A stretch of 63,709 bases of DNA, counting the filler, from Collodictyon triciliatum (Eukaryota), in assembly GCA_043381765.1 (NCBI GenBank). It is 13 parts of 13 records of this genome, joined end to end, with 100 filler letters (N's around TTAATTAATTAA, not from the genome) between each part and the next. Parts side by side here need not be neighbours in the genome. Positions count along the whole stretch, not along the records: positions 25,188 to 30,119 come from JBHJMP010005635.1; positions 30,220 to 35,149 come from JBHJMP010005636.1; positions 35,250 to 40,179 come from JBHJMP010005637.1; 10 more parts are not named here. One strand, given 5' to 3'. Below are positions 25,399 to 38,182 of the stretch, one piece after another. Below the pieces are notes generated by a model. The model was not told where the DNA came from and made no database searches. It was given only the letters and a program-made list of their open reading frames with translations. A program made the translations under genes and the position numbers. How positions within the stretch are numbered: position 1 is the first letter of the stretch; the number at the start of each line of letters is the position of its first letter.

Positions 25399-28219
25399 CA
25401 GTTCATCCTTAATTGATTTTAAAGTAGTCGGGGGAACAGTGAGTTTTTCGAGACGGTCATTAAACTTTCTGATGAGCACTTCTTTCTCATCCTGCTCCAA
25501 TCCTAGTTCTTTTTTAATCATTTTCAGCTACATTTAAGAAATATTGTTGGATTAGTCGCTGTAAAATATTTCGTATTTTTTTTTTTTTTGCATAGTTGAA
25601 AATTAAAGGCACTTGTTCATTCAGGTAATATTTCCTTTGATTTATAGCAATCTTCTCTTCTAACTCCCTAAAGTATTGTTGACATTGTTTAGTGTCCCAT
25701 TGAATGATTATACCTGGCAATAGTTTCAAGGTAGTAAAAACCGCAGCTACTTCATAGAATAATTTCATTACTATCACTATTATTACAGGAACAAAGAAAA
25801 ACAAAACAGATAAATACTTGTGAATTTTATTTTGAAGCTTGTTCACTTCTAGCTCTCCCAAAAGAACAGTAAGGGCAACTTGAAGTTTTTGCTCGACTGA
25901 AGTCATTTCAAGAATTTCCTACATTTTATGAATACCGGGGGGTCACGTAAAGGTTTTTGACACGGAGGGGAGAAAGGGAAGACTAAGTTAGATTTGAATT
26001 TTTTTCTTCTTTCCAAATATACAAATTGATATACTTGGAGCTTTAATGGATCAGCATTACTGAGATACACAGCCAAATCGGCAATCTCGCTTGGATTAGA
26101 TAGATTGACCTGTCCACATATGAAAAGATGAGAATGCTAACATAACAACCAGCTTGTTTACATTACTGAAAAGGAGAAAAAAAAAGTCTTTTCCAGAACA
26201 CAATCTAGTATTGAGTGATACCTGGTCTGCAAAGTGTTGTATCTGCTCCTTAAAGAACGGGTTTAAGCCCAGGATTTCTCTGATAGTGGATGCAATTTCA
26301 GCGACATATGCACGAATGGTTGGATTATTTGCTTGGAATGGTTGGTCCTGATGCGTTTCATCGGGTTGAGACAAAGAGGGCATAATTAGAAATGCAGACT
26401 GTTCCTCCGTTAACATTAACATATCGATTTAGAATGTGCTCGTATAGAACGTGTAAATATCAAACCTTGACGTGAGTAACATTTACAATTGCATGCGGTT
26501 GCGTCTCCGTTATTGTTTCTGCTTTCACACGGCGAAGGCTGTGGACAATAATCTATTTGTTTTAATCATTAATGAAGCGTCATTTTATCTTCATCAAGAA
26601 TCCCTCATCCATCTTGCACAGATCGAAAGAGAGGCGTTTTATTTTATTTCTTTGTTTAAAAACACATCATCAATTCCCTTGAATCGAGTAAATGGAAAAA
26701 GAACATCATCACCATTTATTAATAGCAAGAAAAAGCCATTTATAATGATGATGCAATTTGAGTACTGATACAGCTTGTGCAATACCTCAGTCAGACCAGG
26801 AGTTCTCGACGGGGTTACCTTCAAGATTCGTCCAAGAACACCTTTATTGTGATGGTAAATGATAGGCAAATGTGTGAATAATTAATTTTTTTTCAAAAAA
26901 AAAAAAGAAAGCTAAGGGATAGCAACAACTTTGGATATATGCGAAAGATAAAGGAAACATTCAACCTATCGTATGAATTTGATTCAGGCTAGTCAGAGAC
27001 TTTGCCACATCCTTCTTGCTGTTCTCCTTGACCAAAAATAGACCGATATATGGATTGGCATCACGCTTGGACAAATATTGTGCAAAGCTGTCTGGGATGA
27101 TGACAGGTGACAGAATTGCAGGGAAAGTCGGTCTCCGATACAATGGGAAAACCGGCACAGTCGATGGGAATGTCGGCTCGCTGATTGCACTTGTGGTTGC
27201 ACCCTACGACACAAAAAAAAAANNNNNNNNNNNNNNNNNNNNNNNNNNNNNNNNNNNNNNNNNNNNNNNNNNNNNNNNNNNNNNNNNNNNNNNNNNNNNN
27301 NNNNNNNNNNNNNNNNNNNNNNNNNNNNNNNNNNNNNNNNNNNNNNNNNNNNNNNNNNNNNNNNNNNNNNNNNNNNNNNNNNNNNNNNNNNNNNNNNNNN
27401 NNNNNNNNNNNNNNNNNNNNNNNNNNNNNNNNNNNNNNNNNNNNNNNNNNNNNNNNNNNNNNNNNNNNNNNNNNNNNNNNNNNNNNNNNNNNNNNNNNNN
27501 NNNNNNNNNNNNNNNNNNNNNNNNNNNNNNNNNNNNNNNNNNNNNNNNNNNNNNNNNNNNNNNNNNNNNNNNNNNNNNNNNNNNNNNNNNNNNNNNNNNN
27601 NNNNNNNNNNNNNNNNNNNNNNNNNNNNNNNNNNNNNNNNNNNNNNNNNNNNNNNNNNNNNNNNNNNNNNNNNNNNNNNNNNNNNNNNNNNNNNNNNNNN
27701 NNNNNNNNNNNNNNNNNNNNNNNNNNNNNNNNNNNNNNNNNNNNNNNNNNNNNNNNNNNNNNNNNNNNNNNNNNNNNNNNNNNNNNNNNNNNNNNNNNNN
27801 NNNATGTGCAATGTATTTATTTATAGGTTGTGTTTTTCAAGATATGTTTACTCTGTATAGGTTGGCTTGCTTCCTTGTAAAGCGTGGGTGATTCAGAGAG
27901 CAAGAAAGCCTCGTGCCCTGCGGTTGATTCACAGATGATTAGGAATATGAGCCTTTAGTGCATCACTCCAAATTTTTCTTTTCTCTTTTGGTTCCTTCTT
28001 TTCTCTATTTTATTTTTATTATTTGATAATTCCTTCTTTTCTTTTCTTTTTTTTTTTTAATAGTCAAGAGATGAGAAGGGTTCTGCGAATGAAATCCACC
28101 GTGGCAAGCGGGCGGCTGAAAGGGACGATCGTTGGGTGGCGTGGCAGTGAGGCTGGAAGAAACTGTGCAGCCCTGGAGAAAATCTGCAGAGATCGCGCAA
28201 AGTCTGGCCAGCCCGCCAT
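25399..28219 (-). CDS. LONP1: Mitochondrial-type Lon protease: putative presequence + LAN domain (3' end missing; N gap at 27223-27803)
   Basis: Spliced exons give PVFPLYRRPTFPAIL...PYIGLFLVKE...IHTIG|VLGRI...|IIVHSLRRV...|EIASTIREILGLNPFFKEQ|...|LQVALTVLLGELEVNKLQNKIHK|ELEEKIAINQRKYYLNEQ|LKMIKKELGLEQDEKEVLIRKF. The probable first exons MAGWPDFARSLQIFSRAAQFL...RPLAT|GTRLSCSLNHPRFTRK are Arg/Ser-rich and acid-poor, like a targeting peptide; their link across the gap is inferred. Confidence 0.9.
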
Positions 28220-29006
28220 AATCTTGGCTGTGGAGCTGGCTTGTGTGAGCAATTGATTGGCGCGGTACTTGTTTACACGCAGGTAAGGAAGGAAAGTGTG
28301 CTCGCATCTTTGCTTTCGCGAGTGTGTGTGTATGCTTGAGTTTGTGTTTCTGTTTGCTGCTTGGCTGGAGAGCGGTCAAGTTCAGCCAATACTTGAAAAA
28401 GAATGTTCCATGTGTAGAATTACATTGCACACTGATTATTACACAATTATGTGTGATATTTTGTAATGAAAGGTACATATTATTGATCTGTTGGGAGAAG
28501 AAACATAATTACAATTAAATTCCAGATCTGCAGTTGCAAATTTTCGTGCGACCAAACAGGAAAGGGCCAAACACAGCCGCGGTTAATCAGGACTTCGAGA
28601 TGGGGGAAAGATGGGGTGGCTTTGTGTGGCGGGTTGTTGGCCTTCGGTTCTGGCACTTTGGGCGAGAGCTTAAAAAGACGATGCTGAATAATTTAGATGG
28701 GTTAATAAAGGTTCATTTAGGTAAATATCTCCATTCTGTGAGCAGCACGCCAAGATCAATAAAAAGAAGATGTGACTACAACGGATACCAAATCGCATTC
28801 GTTGTCTCTTTGAACACAAGCTTTTATGTTGGGCGGTAGTAAGCTGACCGAATATTAGACAGAGATTTAAAAATGATGGATGGAATCAAAAGTTATAGTA
28901 ACCGTCACTTTTTCTGATGTTTTGTGTAAAAATAAATGAGTCCACTGAATTTTTGTCCTTTGTGACCAGGAAAGGTGTGGATAATTACCTCTAGAGTGAC
29001 AGGGAG

Positions 29007-29978
29007 ATGGTAGATTATGTCACCCATAAAAACAATACATTTGATTCGTCATTACCGAGAGACGTAAGAATCAATTTTTCGGTCTCTGTTCCAGTAGACC
29101 AAACCCAAATACATAGTGAAACAGACGAAACAAAGGTCAGCTTTATTTCACAAAAATTATACGAAAGTGACTCAGAGACCGAGTGCCGCATCTGTCGGGA
29201 TTCTTCCAGCGTCGAAGACCCCCTCATCCACCCCTGCAAGTGCCGAGGCAGTCTCGGGCTTATACACACATCATGCTTAGGAAAATGGTTAGAGATGAGA
29301 CCTGGTGTTGATGTTGCATCGATGGAAGCTGGTGACCAGCAGAGTGGTACTGGAGGGATGAGTGGCTTGGCATGTGAAGTTTGTCACGAGCCATATCATG
29401 TGGTCTTTAAAAGAAAACTCCGCTGTAACCCAGTACTTGCATGCTCAAGTCAGTCATGGAAGATCTACATGGAAGGGTTCTTTGTTTGCTCATCCATTCC
29501 TATGTTGTTGGTAGAGGCGCTCTGGATAGATGAATCCGACCCCATGCAACTGCCGACCAGACTATTACTTGGCCTACTGAACTTCACAGTCTTCTTGTTG
29601 TTTCCGTTGACGATGATTCGGCTTTACCAGCGCTGGGTTTTCGAAAATTCATCCTTGATTCTGCTTCCATTGCCGGCTTCACAGACAATCACTGTGACTC
29701 CCGATTCATGCGGCAATACGGCGCAGTCAGCAGAAGTACACAGTGCAGCCACTCAGAGACCTTTACATACGCAGAGAATGTCTAATCTTGAAGTGTTCGT
29801 CTGGGGTCTAACGATGCTTTCCATTCTTGCAAGTCTGGTATCTTTCTGGGTGCTGATGGAGCAATCTGCATCTCGTGGCGCGTTTATTATCATCATCAGC
29901 TCTGGCCTTGGTGGGTCATTGTTCTCCATGGTAGTGCTGAAGTTCAGTGAGCGTGTCGGTGAGTATGAACACCGCTGA
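29007..29978 (+). CDS. MARCH-type RING-CH (RINGv) membrane E3 ubiquitin ligase, intronless, ~4 TM segments
   Basis: CRIC...PLIHPCKCRGSLGLIHTSCLGKWL...CEVC is a C4HC3 RING-CH, followed by hydrophobic helices. Complete 323-aa ORF. Confidence 0.92.
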   Translation: MVDYVTHKNNTFDSSLPRDVRINFSVSVPVDQTQIHSETDETKVSFISQKLYESDSETECRICRDSSSVEDPLIHPCKCRGSLGLIHTSCLGKWLEMRPGVDVASMEAGDQQSGTGGMSGLACEVCHEPYHVVFKRKLRCNPVLACSSQSWKIYMEGFFVCSSIPMLLVEALWIDESDPMQLPTRLLLGLLNFTVFLLFPLTMIRLYQRWVFENSSLILLPLPASQTITVTPDSCGNTAQSAEVHSAATQRPLHTQRMSNLEVFVWGLTMLSILASLVSFWVLMEQSASRGAFIIIISSGLGGSLFSMVVLKFSERVGEYEHR

Positions 29979-30042
29979 CTTGTTGCGGGGCCGTGATTAT
30001 CAGACGCCCTGGCGATGTAGACATACAAAAAAAAAAACAGCA

Positions 30043-30437
30043 GAAATAAAACGAAATAAAACGAAATAAAACGAAATAAAACGAAATAAAACGAAATAAA
30101 ACGAAATAAAACGAAATAANNNNNNNNNNNNNNNNNNNNNNNNNNNNNNNNNNNNNNNNNNNNTTAATTAATTAANNNNNNNNNNNNNNNNNNNNNNNNN
30201 NNNNNNNNNNNNNNNNNNNATAAAAAACATAAAAAACATAAAAAAACATAAAAAACATAAAAAAACATAAAAAAACATAAAAAACATAAAAAACATAAAA
30301 AACATAAAAAGCATAAAAAAACATAAAAAACATAAAAAACATAAAAAAACATAAAAACATAAAAAAACATAAAAAACATAAAAAAACATAAAAAAACATA
30401 AAAAAACATAAAAAAACATAAAAAAACATAAAAAAAC
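30043..30437. repeat. (AAATAAAACG)n and (AAAAAACAT)n microsatellites either side of a spacer
   Basis: Seen directly; two separate contig ends. Confidence 0.9.
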
Positions 30438-30504
30438 AACTTCATCCATTTGCATTTTCACTTCATTCTTTTTCGTTAAATGTACGACCTTTGAAATACG
30501 AAGA

Positions 30505-33500
30505 GATATTTGGTGGAGTGAAACTCTCACAGCAACAACCTGCCTTATGTCCAAAAAACACTGTAATCGCAAACGGGCGAGTTCCCATATCAGATGACGC
30601 ACCATTTATTTACCGCTTTCTCCGGTCTTTTATGTCAGTAAGGAATACATCATTCTATTTTCTCGACTCAATCCGAAAAAGCTGGAAACTAAATCCTTCA
30701 CTGAGTCAATGTCACCCAATGATTTCCCTTTTAGACTTTTGTTTTTAAGATATTAATTCTTCGAGAAAGCCGATGCAACTACTTATGTAAATTTGAGAAG
30801 TTGTGTTTTTTTTTCTAACACCGTATATGAAAAGATGATTCTGAACACATTCTTCCGCGACATCGAAGTTGTTGGATTGGAAAACGTACCTCTCACTGGG
30901 GGAGTTATCATCGCGGGAAATCATTTCAATCAATTCGTAGATGGGTTGCTTCTAGTGACGTGTTGTCCTCGGTAACCACGCTTCATTACTTTCAACGGAG
31001 GATATAAAATGAACGCAGACCAACTATGATAGCCCCTACATGAACAAAAGAAAAAAGACATCACAAACACAAATCATATCGCACGCAAATCTTGAAAATT
31101 ATTTATCATCATTAAACCACTGTTTCCCTCTAGGCTCTGAAAATTTGATTCGTAAACTTTCTCTAAATTACTGTTACAATTGATAGTGTCATCAGCTTCC
31201 TAATGGCAGCAAAATCATTTTCTCGCCCTGTTGTTGGGTGGTTCGCAAAGAAATTTCAAGCCATCCCAGTCGTTCGCCCGCAAGACAGTGCAATACAGGG
31301 CAAAGGTACCTTTTCGTAATCTAGTACCTCATATGAGCAGTAATGTAACAATAAAAGAGTTAAAAAGAGTTTATGAGATTTAAAATAGAGATGTAAAANN
31401 NNNNNNNNNNNNNNNNNNNNNNNNNNNNNNNNNNNNNNNNNNNNNNNNNNNNNNNNNNNNNNNNNNNNNNNNNNNNNNNNNNNNNNNNNNNNNNNNNNNN
31501 NNNNNNNNNNNNNNNNNNNNNNNNNNNNNNNNNNNNNNNNNNNNNNNNNNNNNNNNNNNNNNNNNNNNNNNNNNNNNNNNNNNNNNNNNNNNNNNNNNNN
31601 NNNNNNNNNNNNNNNNNNNNNNNNNNNNNNNNNNNNNNNNNNNNNNNNNNNNNNNNNNNNNNNNNNNNNNNNNNNNNNNNNNNNNNNNNNNNNNNNNNNN
31701 NNNNNNNNNNNNNNNNNNNNNNNNNNNNNNNNNNNNNNNNNNNNNNNNNNNNNNNNNNNNNNNNNNNNNNNNNNNNNNNNAAAGAAAACCTTCCATCTCA
31801 TCAATATCCGTGTTGAATTTCTTCTTAGGTGAAAAACATAATATCAGATGCAGAAATGCTTATCGAGGAAGATATTGGAACTGTGGAGCCTACTATATAT
31901 AAGGTGTTAAAGAAAGTAGACCAAAAGCAACTTTACGACTCTGTTTATTCAAGCATATCAAATGGTGGATGCATTGGGATATTCCCAGAGGTAGGTTATC
32001 ATATTGTAATTAAGTACTGAGTAAATTATGTTCATTTTTAGACTAGGTACCTCAAAGTATAAATACACTCAAGATTGTGCTACATAACACATCAAATTTA
32101 CTGCTTTTCTAAGACCTGTCCGAAAATACGAGTCTCACTCCATTTATTTAATCTTTTATTAGGGAGGATCTCACGATAGAACGGTTTGTCTAATTTCTAT
32201 GAATTGAATCTTCGATTAACAGAAGTCATAAGTGACCTATAACAAATTTTGTATATTACAGAATTTATTGCCTCTTAAGGCTGGTATCGCAGTAATGTCC
32301 TTAGGTTATGTCGACAAGTATAAAACAGATGCAGTAATTGTCCCTTGTGGATTCACATATTTTGAAGGTCACCGTTTTCGGAGCCAAGTAATCACCATAC
32401 AAATTTTCATCGATAACACTTGTAGTCCTTAGATATCTAATATAAAACATAGCTGAAGTAAGCACACGCCCACACATTAGTGACCCAATAGTCCCGTGCC
32501 TATAAATAGGAAAAAAAAAATCTTTCACATATCGGAATGTAATCTACCTGCTCATATTAAAACGGCTAGGTTGTCATCGAGTTTGGTCTTCCAATTAAAA
32601 TCACACCTGATTCTGAATTCACAAAATCGTACGGAAACGATAGAAGGACAGCATACAAGTAATATTCACTCGAAATTTTTGACGGTTGTTGATGTCCAGT
32701 GTGATAAACTTTATTAGTGAAATTCAGGTTATGATGGAGCCATTCCATATGATTCTTCATGATTTTTTAACATAGCTTTGTTGTTTTCTGTTATTGTAAA
32801 TATGTTTTTTTTTTTTACATGAATATTTTTTTCTCATATCAAAGCCTTCTCCTGGAATCAACCCGTAAAGGACTCGAAGCAGTAACAATAACCGCATCCT
32901 CATACGAAGACCTCTCGGCTTTTCATCTTGCTCGTCGACTTTACCAGGTATGTAGACATAAGGAGTATTATACTTATTTTCAAGTTTTTTTTTGTAACAA
33001 TTGACCGTTTGCATTTTATTTCTTAAGAAATAATTAAAAGACATATACTAGTTTAATCTAATTTTTATGTCTTACAGTAAGCTTCCTGGATTCATGATTT
33101 GCCAAATTAAAACATCTCATTCTAATTTCATCATATATTCAATATAGAGTGCAACAAGTACTTATATGTCTCCATCTGAAAGAGCGCATGTGAGTAAATG
33201 CCCACTTCCTCGTTCATGCTAGATACCCTGACTATCCCTTGATTTGTACGATAAAAAAATAGTTCCTAAAACCAGATTCATCACCAATCTTCACTTTGTT
33301 TATACATCGGTTTAGTTGACTAGAATTTTTCTTAACGCTTACCGAAACGATGAAACACATGCTGAGTTAGACGAACTTAAGAAAAAGTACGTTATACAGT
33401 AAAAAAATACTACACCATCAAGATTGGATTGTAAACTACTACATAATATCAACTCTCTCACATTAACACCCATCTTCTTGCTCATTTGAATATACGTAAC

Positions 33501-35065
33501 TTCAAACACCCAGATTGCTTGAATTCAAAGTATACCTAAGCAGTCTTGGGTTTGATTTGCACCAAATCAAAGAATTCCATGACAGTCTTTTTGTTGTGTT
33601 CCTGTTGTTATTATTCAGGTAATTTGACAATTCTTTTTGCGCACTTGCTTGTGTATAAATATATATGGGTTTAATAGTTAATCAATACATCATTATTCCT
33701 TCCACTGAACTACATGATGCCTTCTGAAAAAATTATAATGAAAAGTGATAACTCACCAGTATCGTTTTTCACATTTCAACCCATTAGAATTGTTGCTTGC
33801 ATTATTCTCTTTATGGTCTCGTTCCCTGGCTTTATTATATCATGTCCAATTATATTACTCGCGCTGTACCTCTCACGTAATTTATTTTCTAAATTTACCT
33901 TTTTGTTTCTATTTAAATATTTATATCTACATGTGAAAAATATAATGAGTATCTAGAATCGAATAAAGGAAAAAAAATATGAGTATCTAAAATTAAGGAA
34001 AAAATAATTGATTGCTATTAGTTCAAGAGATGAAACATGCGAAAGCTACTTCAAATGTGAAAGTTAAAGGAAAAGACGTGGTAAGTTCGCCCTTCTGTTA
34101 TAAATGAGAATAGTTAACATAATCGTGGTGATAATGTAGTCAAAAATTGGTACGAATCCATTTTCCCCTTGTTGATTGGACCAACCACCGTAATATTGAT
34201 GTAAAAAAAAAACTTGTTCTTTATTTCTTCTTCAATAGCACAACTGTACTTATACAACTTAAAATCATTCGTAGATTGCGAGCTACAAAATTGTGGTGGC
34301 TTTTGTATTGACGCCTATTTTCTATCTGATTTATTTGGTTATCGGGTTTGTCCTGGTTGAATTCTTGGCGACGGGCTCCATTCGGTAATCGACGTAGTCC
34401 TATGCCAACCTTACATTTGATATAGAAAACCACCAAAGAAAAAATACATATCATATCGACTTAAATATCTTTGAATCGAATAAAGGAAAAAAAATATCGA
34501 CTTAAATATCACAGTTGGATTTGGCCAGTGGTTGGCCTTCTGTCTGCCCCATTTGTGATTTATGTCTCCATCAAAGCATCAGAGAAAGCTGTGTTCATGA
34601 TGCGTTCCATTCACCCCCTGGTACGATGTCTATTCCCTTATTGCAATAATCCACTTCAATCATTTATCATCCGACCAATCATTCTTGCCGAATATATACA
34701 CAGATATACATGGCCAATCCTTTTGTATCGTCGGAGAAGCAAAGTACATCAGTCCAACCAACTTGATTGGATACATCGCCCCAACCATCAATCCTTCTTA
34801 CACAACAGGATTTTTTTTGTACTTTTTCATCTCGCATACTCTGAAAACATGTGCTTTTGCGTCATCCGCAGGGTTGCTGGCCACTCGCAAGGAGCTTGAG
34901 GATCAAGTCGTGGCCCTCATTCGCAAGCTGCTTCCGTCGGCAATGGAGGAAGGGCTTACGTCCGTGTCTCCACCCGAGCCCCACTACGAGCGGAATGCAA
35001 CGGACCCACTGGCTTCTCATCTCGAGCCTTTTCGCCAACCCGAACATTCACAGCACCCGCAATAA
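30505..35065 (+). CDS. Glycerol-3-phosphate/DHAP acyltransferase, Gpt2/Sct1 type (about 15 exons visible; 5' end and N-gap exons missing)
   Basis: In-frame GT-AG exon chain with motif I GNHFNQFVD, IPVVRPQD, motif III IGIFPE|GGSHDRT, motif IV IVPCGFTYFEGHRFRSQ|VVIEFG, ARRLY, SNVKVKGKDV|IASYKIVV; stop TAA at 35063-35065. Confidence 0.93.
33945..33989 (+). mobile_element. ~23-bp micro-insertion with 11-bp target-site duplication, in a GPAT intron
   Basis: ATGAGTATCTA-[GAATCGAATAAAGGAAAAAAAAT]-ATGAGTATCTA. Confidence 0.8.
34453..34510 (+). mobile_element. 24-bp micro-insertion with perfect 17-bp target-site duplication, in a GPAT intron
   Basis: ATATCGACTTAAATATC-[TTTGAATCGAATAAAGGAAAAAAA]-ATATCGACTTAAATATC. 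Confidence 0.88.
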
Positions 35066-36097
35066 ATGGCCTCGCAGAGTGCGTCTTGTCGTCGTTTGAT
35101 GCCATGGCTGATGCTGACAGACAGACAGACAGACAGAAAAAAAAAAAAANNNNNNNNNNNNNNNNNNNNNNNNNNNNNNNNNNNNNNNNNNNNTTAATTA
35201 ATTAANNNNNNNNNNNNNNNNNNNNNNNNNNNNNNNNNNNNNNNNNNNNTTTGGAGTTGCCCAAGCCCCTCATTCCAGATGATTTTGATTTGGGTGTGCA
35301 GACCCGCCTTGTTTGAATTTTTTCTTTCCAGTATTTTGCGCACAAAATGGTATGAATCAGCAGATTTGCCGCACTTCACGAGGTGGCGTTGTAATCGCCA
35401 CGCTGAGCGATGGGATGATTTGGTCCACGAGAACATGCTCGTTTACAGAAATATGGAGGACTCATAGTTCATGTTCTCACGAAAGCCCATGAGTATTTAT
35501 GTCTCTTTATGTCTCTAATTAATCTTTCTTTCTTTTTTTATGCAATCAATTCGTAATTGTACTATTCCAAACCACAAAATCTGCAAGAAAGATAACAATT
35601 GGATAGCTTCGCAATCAATGCGCTCACATGGCATGTTATTGTATTCAATACAAACGAAATATTGAATGCTGAGACATATACGGAGCATGATAGATTCGGT
35701 ATGATTTTGTCGTAACATAGGGCGAGTGTTTTTTTTGTCTGAAAAAAAAAGGAAGAAGCATGATATAGACAACATAACACATCACATAGGTAGCTTCGAT
35801 GATTGATGTTGTTTTTTTTAAAAAAGTATCTCAGTGCAATCGGCGATTTAAAAAAATTATACTCAAGGAATTACATTTCTTCGAAATCATAATGACAGAA
35901 CTCGAAACCAACGTTCGTGATGTCATCAATAGATTTCGATTGCATTTAATTATTGGTATTGGGTCTACCTCACCAAATGACCTTTGCGTATGCAAATAAA
36001 CTACAGCCCATGATTTTTTATCGTCATTTAAATCCATGAAACGTGTAAGCATCTCGTTTTTTTTAGATACTGACTGTGGTACCCATGTTTCGCGTAG

Positions 36098-36217
36098 GAA
36101 AAGAAAAAGAAAAAGAAAAAGAAAAAGAAAAAGAAAAAGAAAAAGAAAAAGAAAAAGAAAAAGAAAAAGAAAAAGAAAAAGAAAAAGAAAAAGAAAAAGA
36201 AAAAGAAAAAGAAAAAA
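36098..36217. repeat. (AAAAAG)n microsatellite
   Basis: Seen directly. Confidence 0.95.
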
Positions 36218-38091
36218 CAAAACGATTAAATGAAGTAGACAATTAATACTGAGCACTATATTCATAATTCATTTAATCTCTGTGAGTTGATAGCCAGAAA
36301 TTAAAGTCTTTCAGCCCTTTCTTCAGGTGTCTCTTGTTTTCTTCGATTCCTTGCGCAGACCGCTTGGTCATGGGGCCTTTCTTCTCTTTGCTGGGGTGTC
36401 TCCCTTTGCTTTATTTGTTTATTGTAAACGCGCATCTTCGCTGGTCTGCCTTCCCTTTCTTCAGCCGACTCATTTTACCTCTTGACTTTTGCAAGACCGC
36501 TTTTTCTCCCACACACTTTTTTTTTCGCTTCATTTTGCTCCTCATTTTAAGGCTGCTTTTTATTTTTATTTTTTCTACCCAAATATTGAGAAACAACTGA
36601 AGCGTCGATCATGCCCAATTGGACGCGATGAAATGACCTTTTACTAATCTTTTTTGCCCCATCTAATCGATTTGAATAGCGAGGTATGTGATTCGATATT
36701 CAAACTTAACACATATTTCGTTAGCACAAAAAGCCGTCCATGGAATACCTCAATCCTTTCAAATGACATTAAACTTATTCACTCTTTTATACGCACTTGT
36801 TTCAAACCACTCCATTAATGTAATGTTTGATTTATTCGTCACCAGTCGTTGGTTGATTGATTCATACGTGCTTGTAGAGGGATTTGGTGATTATCACGGC
36901 CACTCCAACCCTGCCGATACGACCGGCGATTGAATTACAATATAGCGCATATGAAACAAGGAGGGCGGGGTGACCATGTAGTCCATAAATTAATAAATTA
37001 AACATCTATATCTATTGGCCCTGATTCTTGTGCTTCACAAATCCCAAAGAAGCCAACAAGTCAAATAGAACATCCTCTCGTCATCGATTCATTCATGCAG
37101 ACTATCCTTGCCGGGTTAGGAAGGGTAGGCGGGTGTTGAGCGCGGCGTTGTGGAGTTCATAGGATAGCTCCAGCGCTCCTCGTAGCGAATATCTTTCTCA
37201 TCTTGGGATGGCTGAGGCTTGCAGCGCTCCACAGTTGGAACCCGTCCCCGCTGAGAACTCAACCACAAAGGGAGTCACTACGCAAACTGGTGGGGTATTT
37301 TCCGAAGGTTATACGCGGTGCCGTATCCCGACTCGGTGGGGAGCAGCCCCGTGGCTTCAGCATGGCTCCTGACAGTAGTGTCTGCTGCGGGAAACAACGC
37401 ACCCAACAAGCATGTCCCATATACAAACTATACCCCCAAACTTCTTGTTCTTTTGTTTAATACACTTTCTGCATGTGGTTTGAGGAATTCCATCAAGAAC
37501 AACGAAATACATACACCAATCAAAAGATATAATCCAGTGATTTTTTTGTTGTGATTTACTGTTCCTTGTCATTTGCAATTACATCCCCTATTAAATTTGT
37601 AAATATGTCACGCCTACTCTATGAACCGTTTTTTCAATAACATCAATCCACAAATTAAACATCGAATCTATCCATCAAAACCAATCTAACCTGAATCCTT
37701 TTTCCATCCCCAACCCAGGCACTACTGCCAGGCAACCCTTACTGGGCCCACGGATTAACTGCTCCTCATTGGGGCAACGCCTTTGTACATAAAGAGTCGG
37801 GATAAAGCTGTATGTAAACCTCGGTAACGCGAAGCCTGTGCGGCCAGGGTTATCCGTTTATTCAAGTTTCGTACCCTTTTTTTCGTTCTTTTCAAGGCGG
37901 GCGGCTTCGGCAGCCGATCTTCTCACGTGTGCGACACTTTTTTTTATATTTTTTTTGCAGCAGCCGGTCGCCAACAAGTCCCGGGTCGACCCAGTCAGCA
38001 ATTGTCGCCTGCGACACGCAACCACCCGCACAAGCAAAGCAACGCAACGTTGACTCACAGGCATACCTGCACACACGAGATCCAAAGACTT

Positions 38092-38182
38092 GAGGGCTCT
38101 CCACTATGCTGGATAACGGCGAAGTCTGCTTCATTTTTTTTATTCTTCCTTTCAACTTTTGTGCACGCGAAGTCTGCTTCAC
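38092..38182 (+). repeat. Solo copy (plus a partial) of the contig-13 satellite subunit, in reverse orientation
   Basis: GAGGGCTCTCCACTATGCTGGATAACGGCGAAGTCTGCTTCA matches the reverse complement of units such as 59101-59140. A second CGAAGTCTGCTTCAC lies at 38168-38182. Confidence 0.8.

Noticed and set aside
26993-27891. ORFs spanning N gaps or microsatellites (poly-X, poly-K, FL-rich)
   Set aside because: Artefacts of gaps and simple repeats.
36840-36930. Minus-strand GRVGVAVIITKSL resembling a LINE AP-endonuclease motif
   Set aside because: Too short, stop-interrupted, and no other endonuclease motifs nearby.
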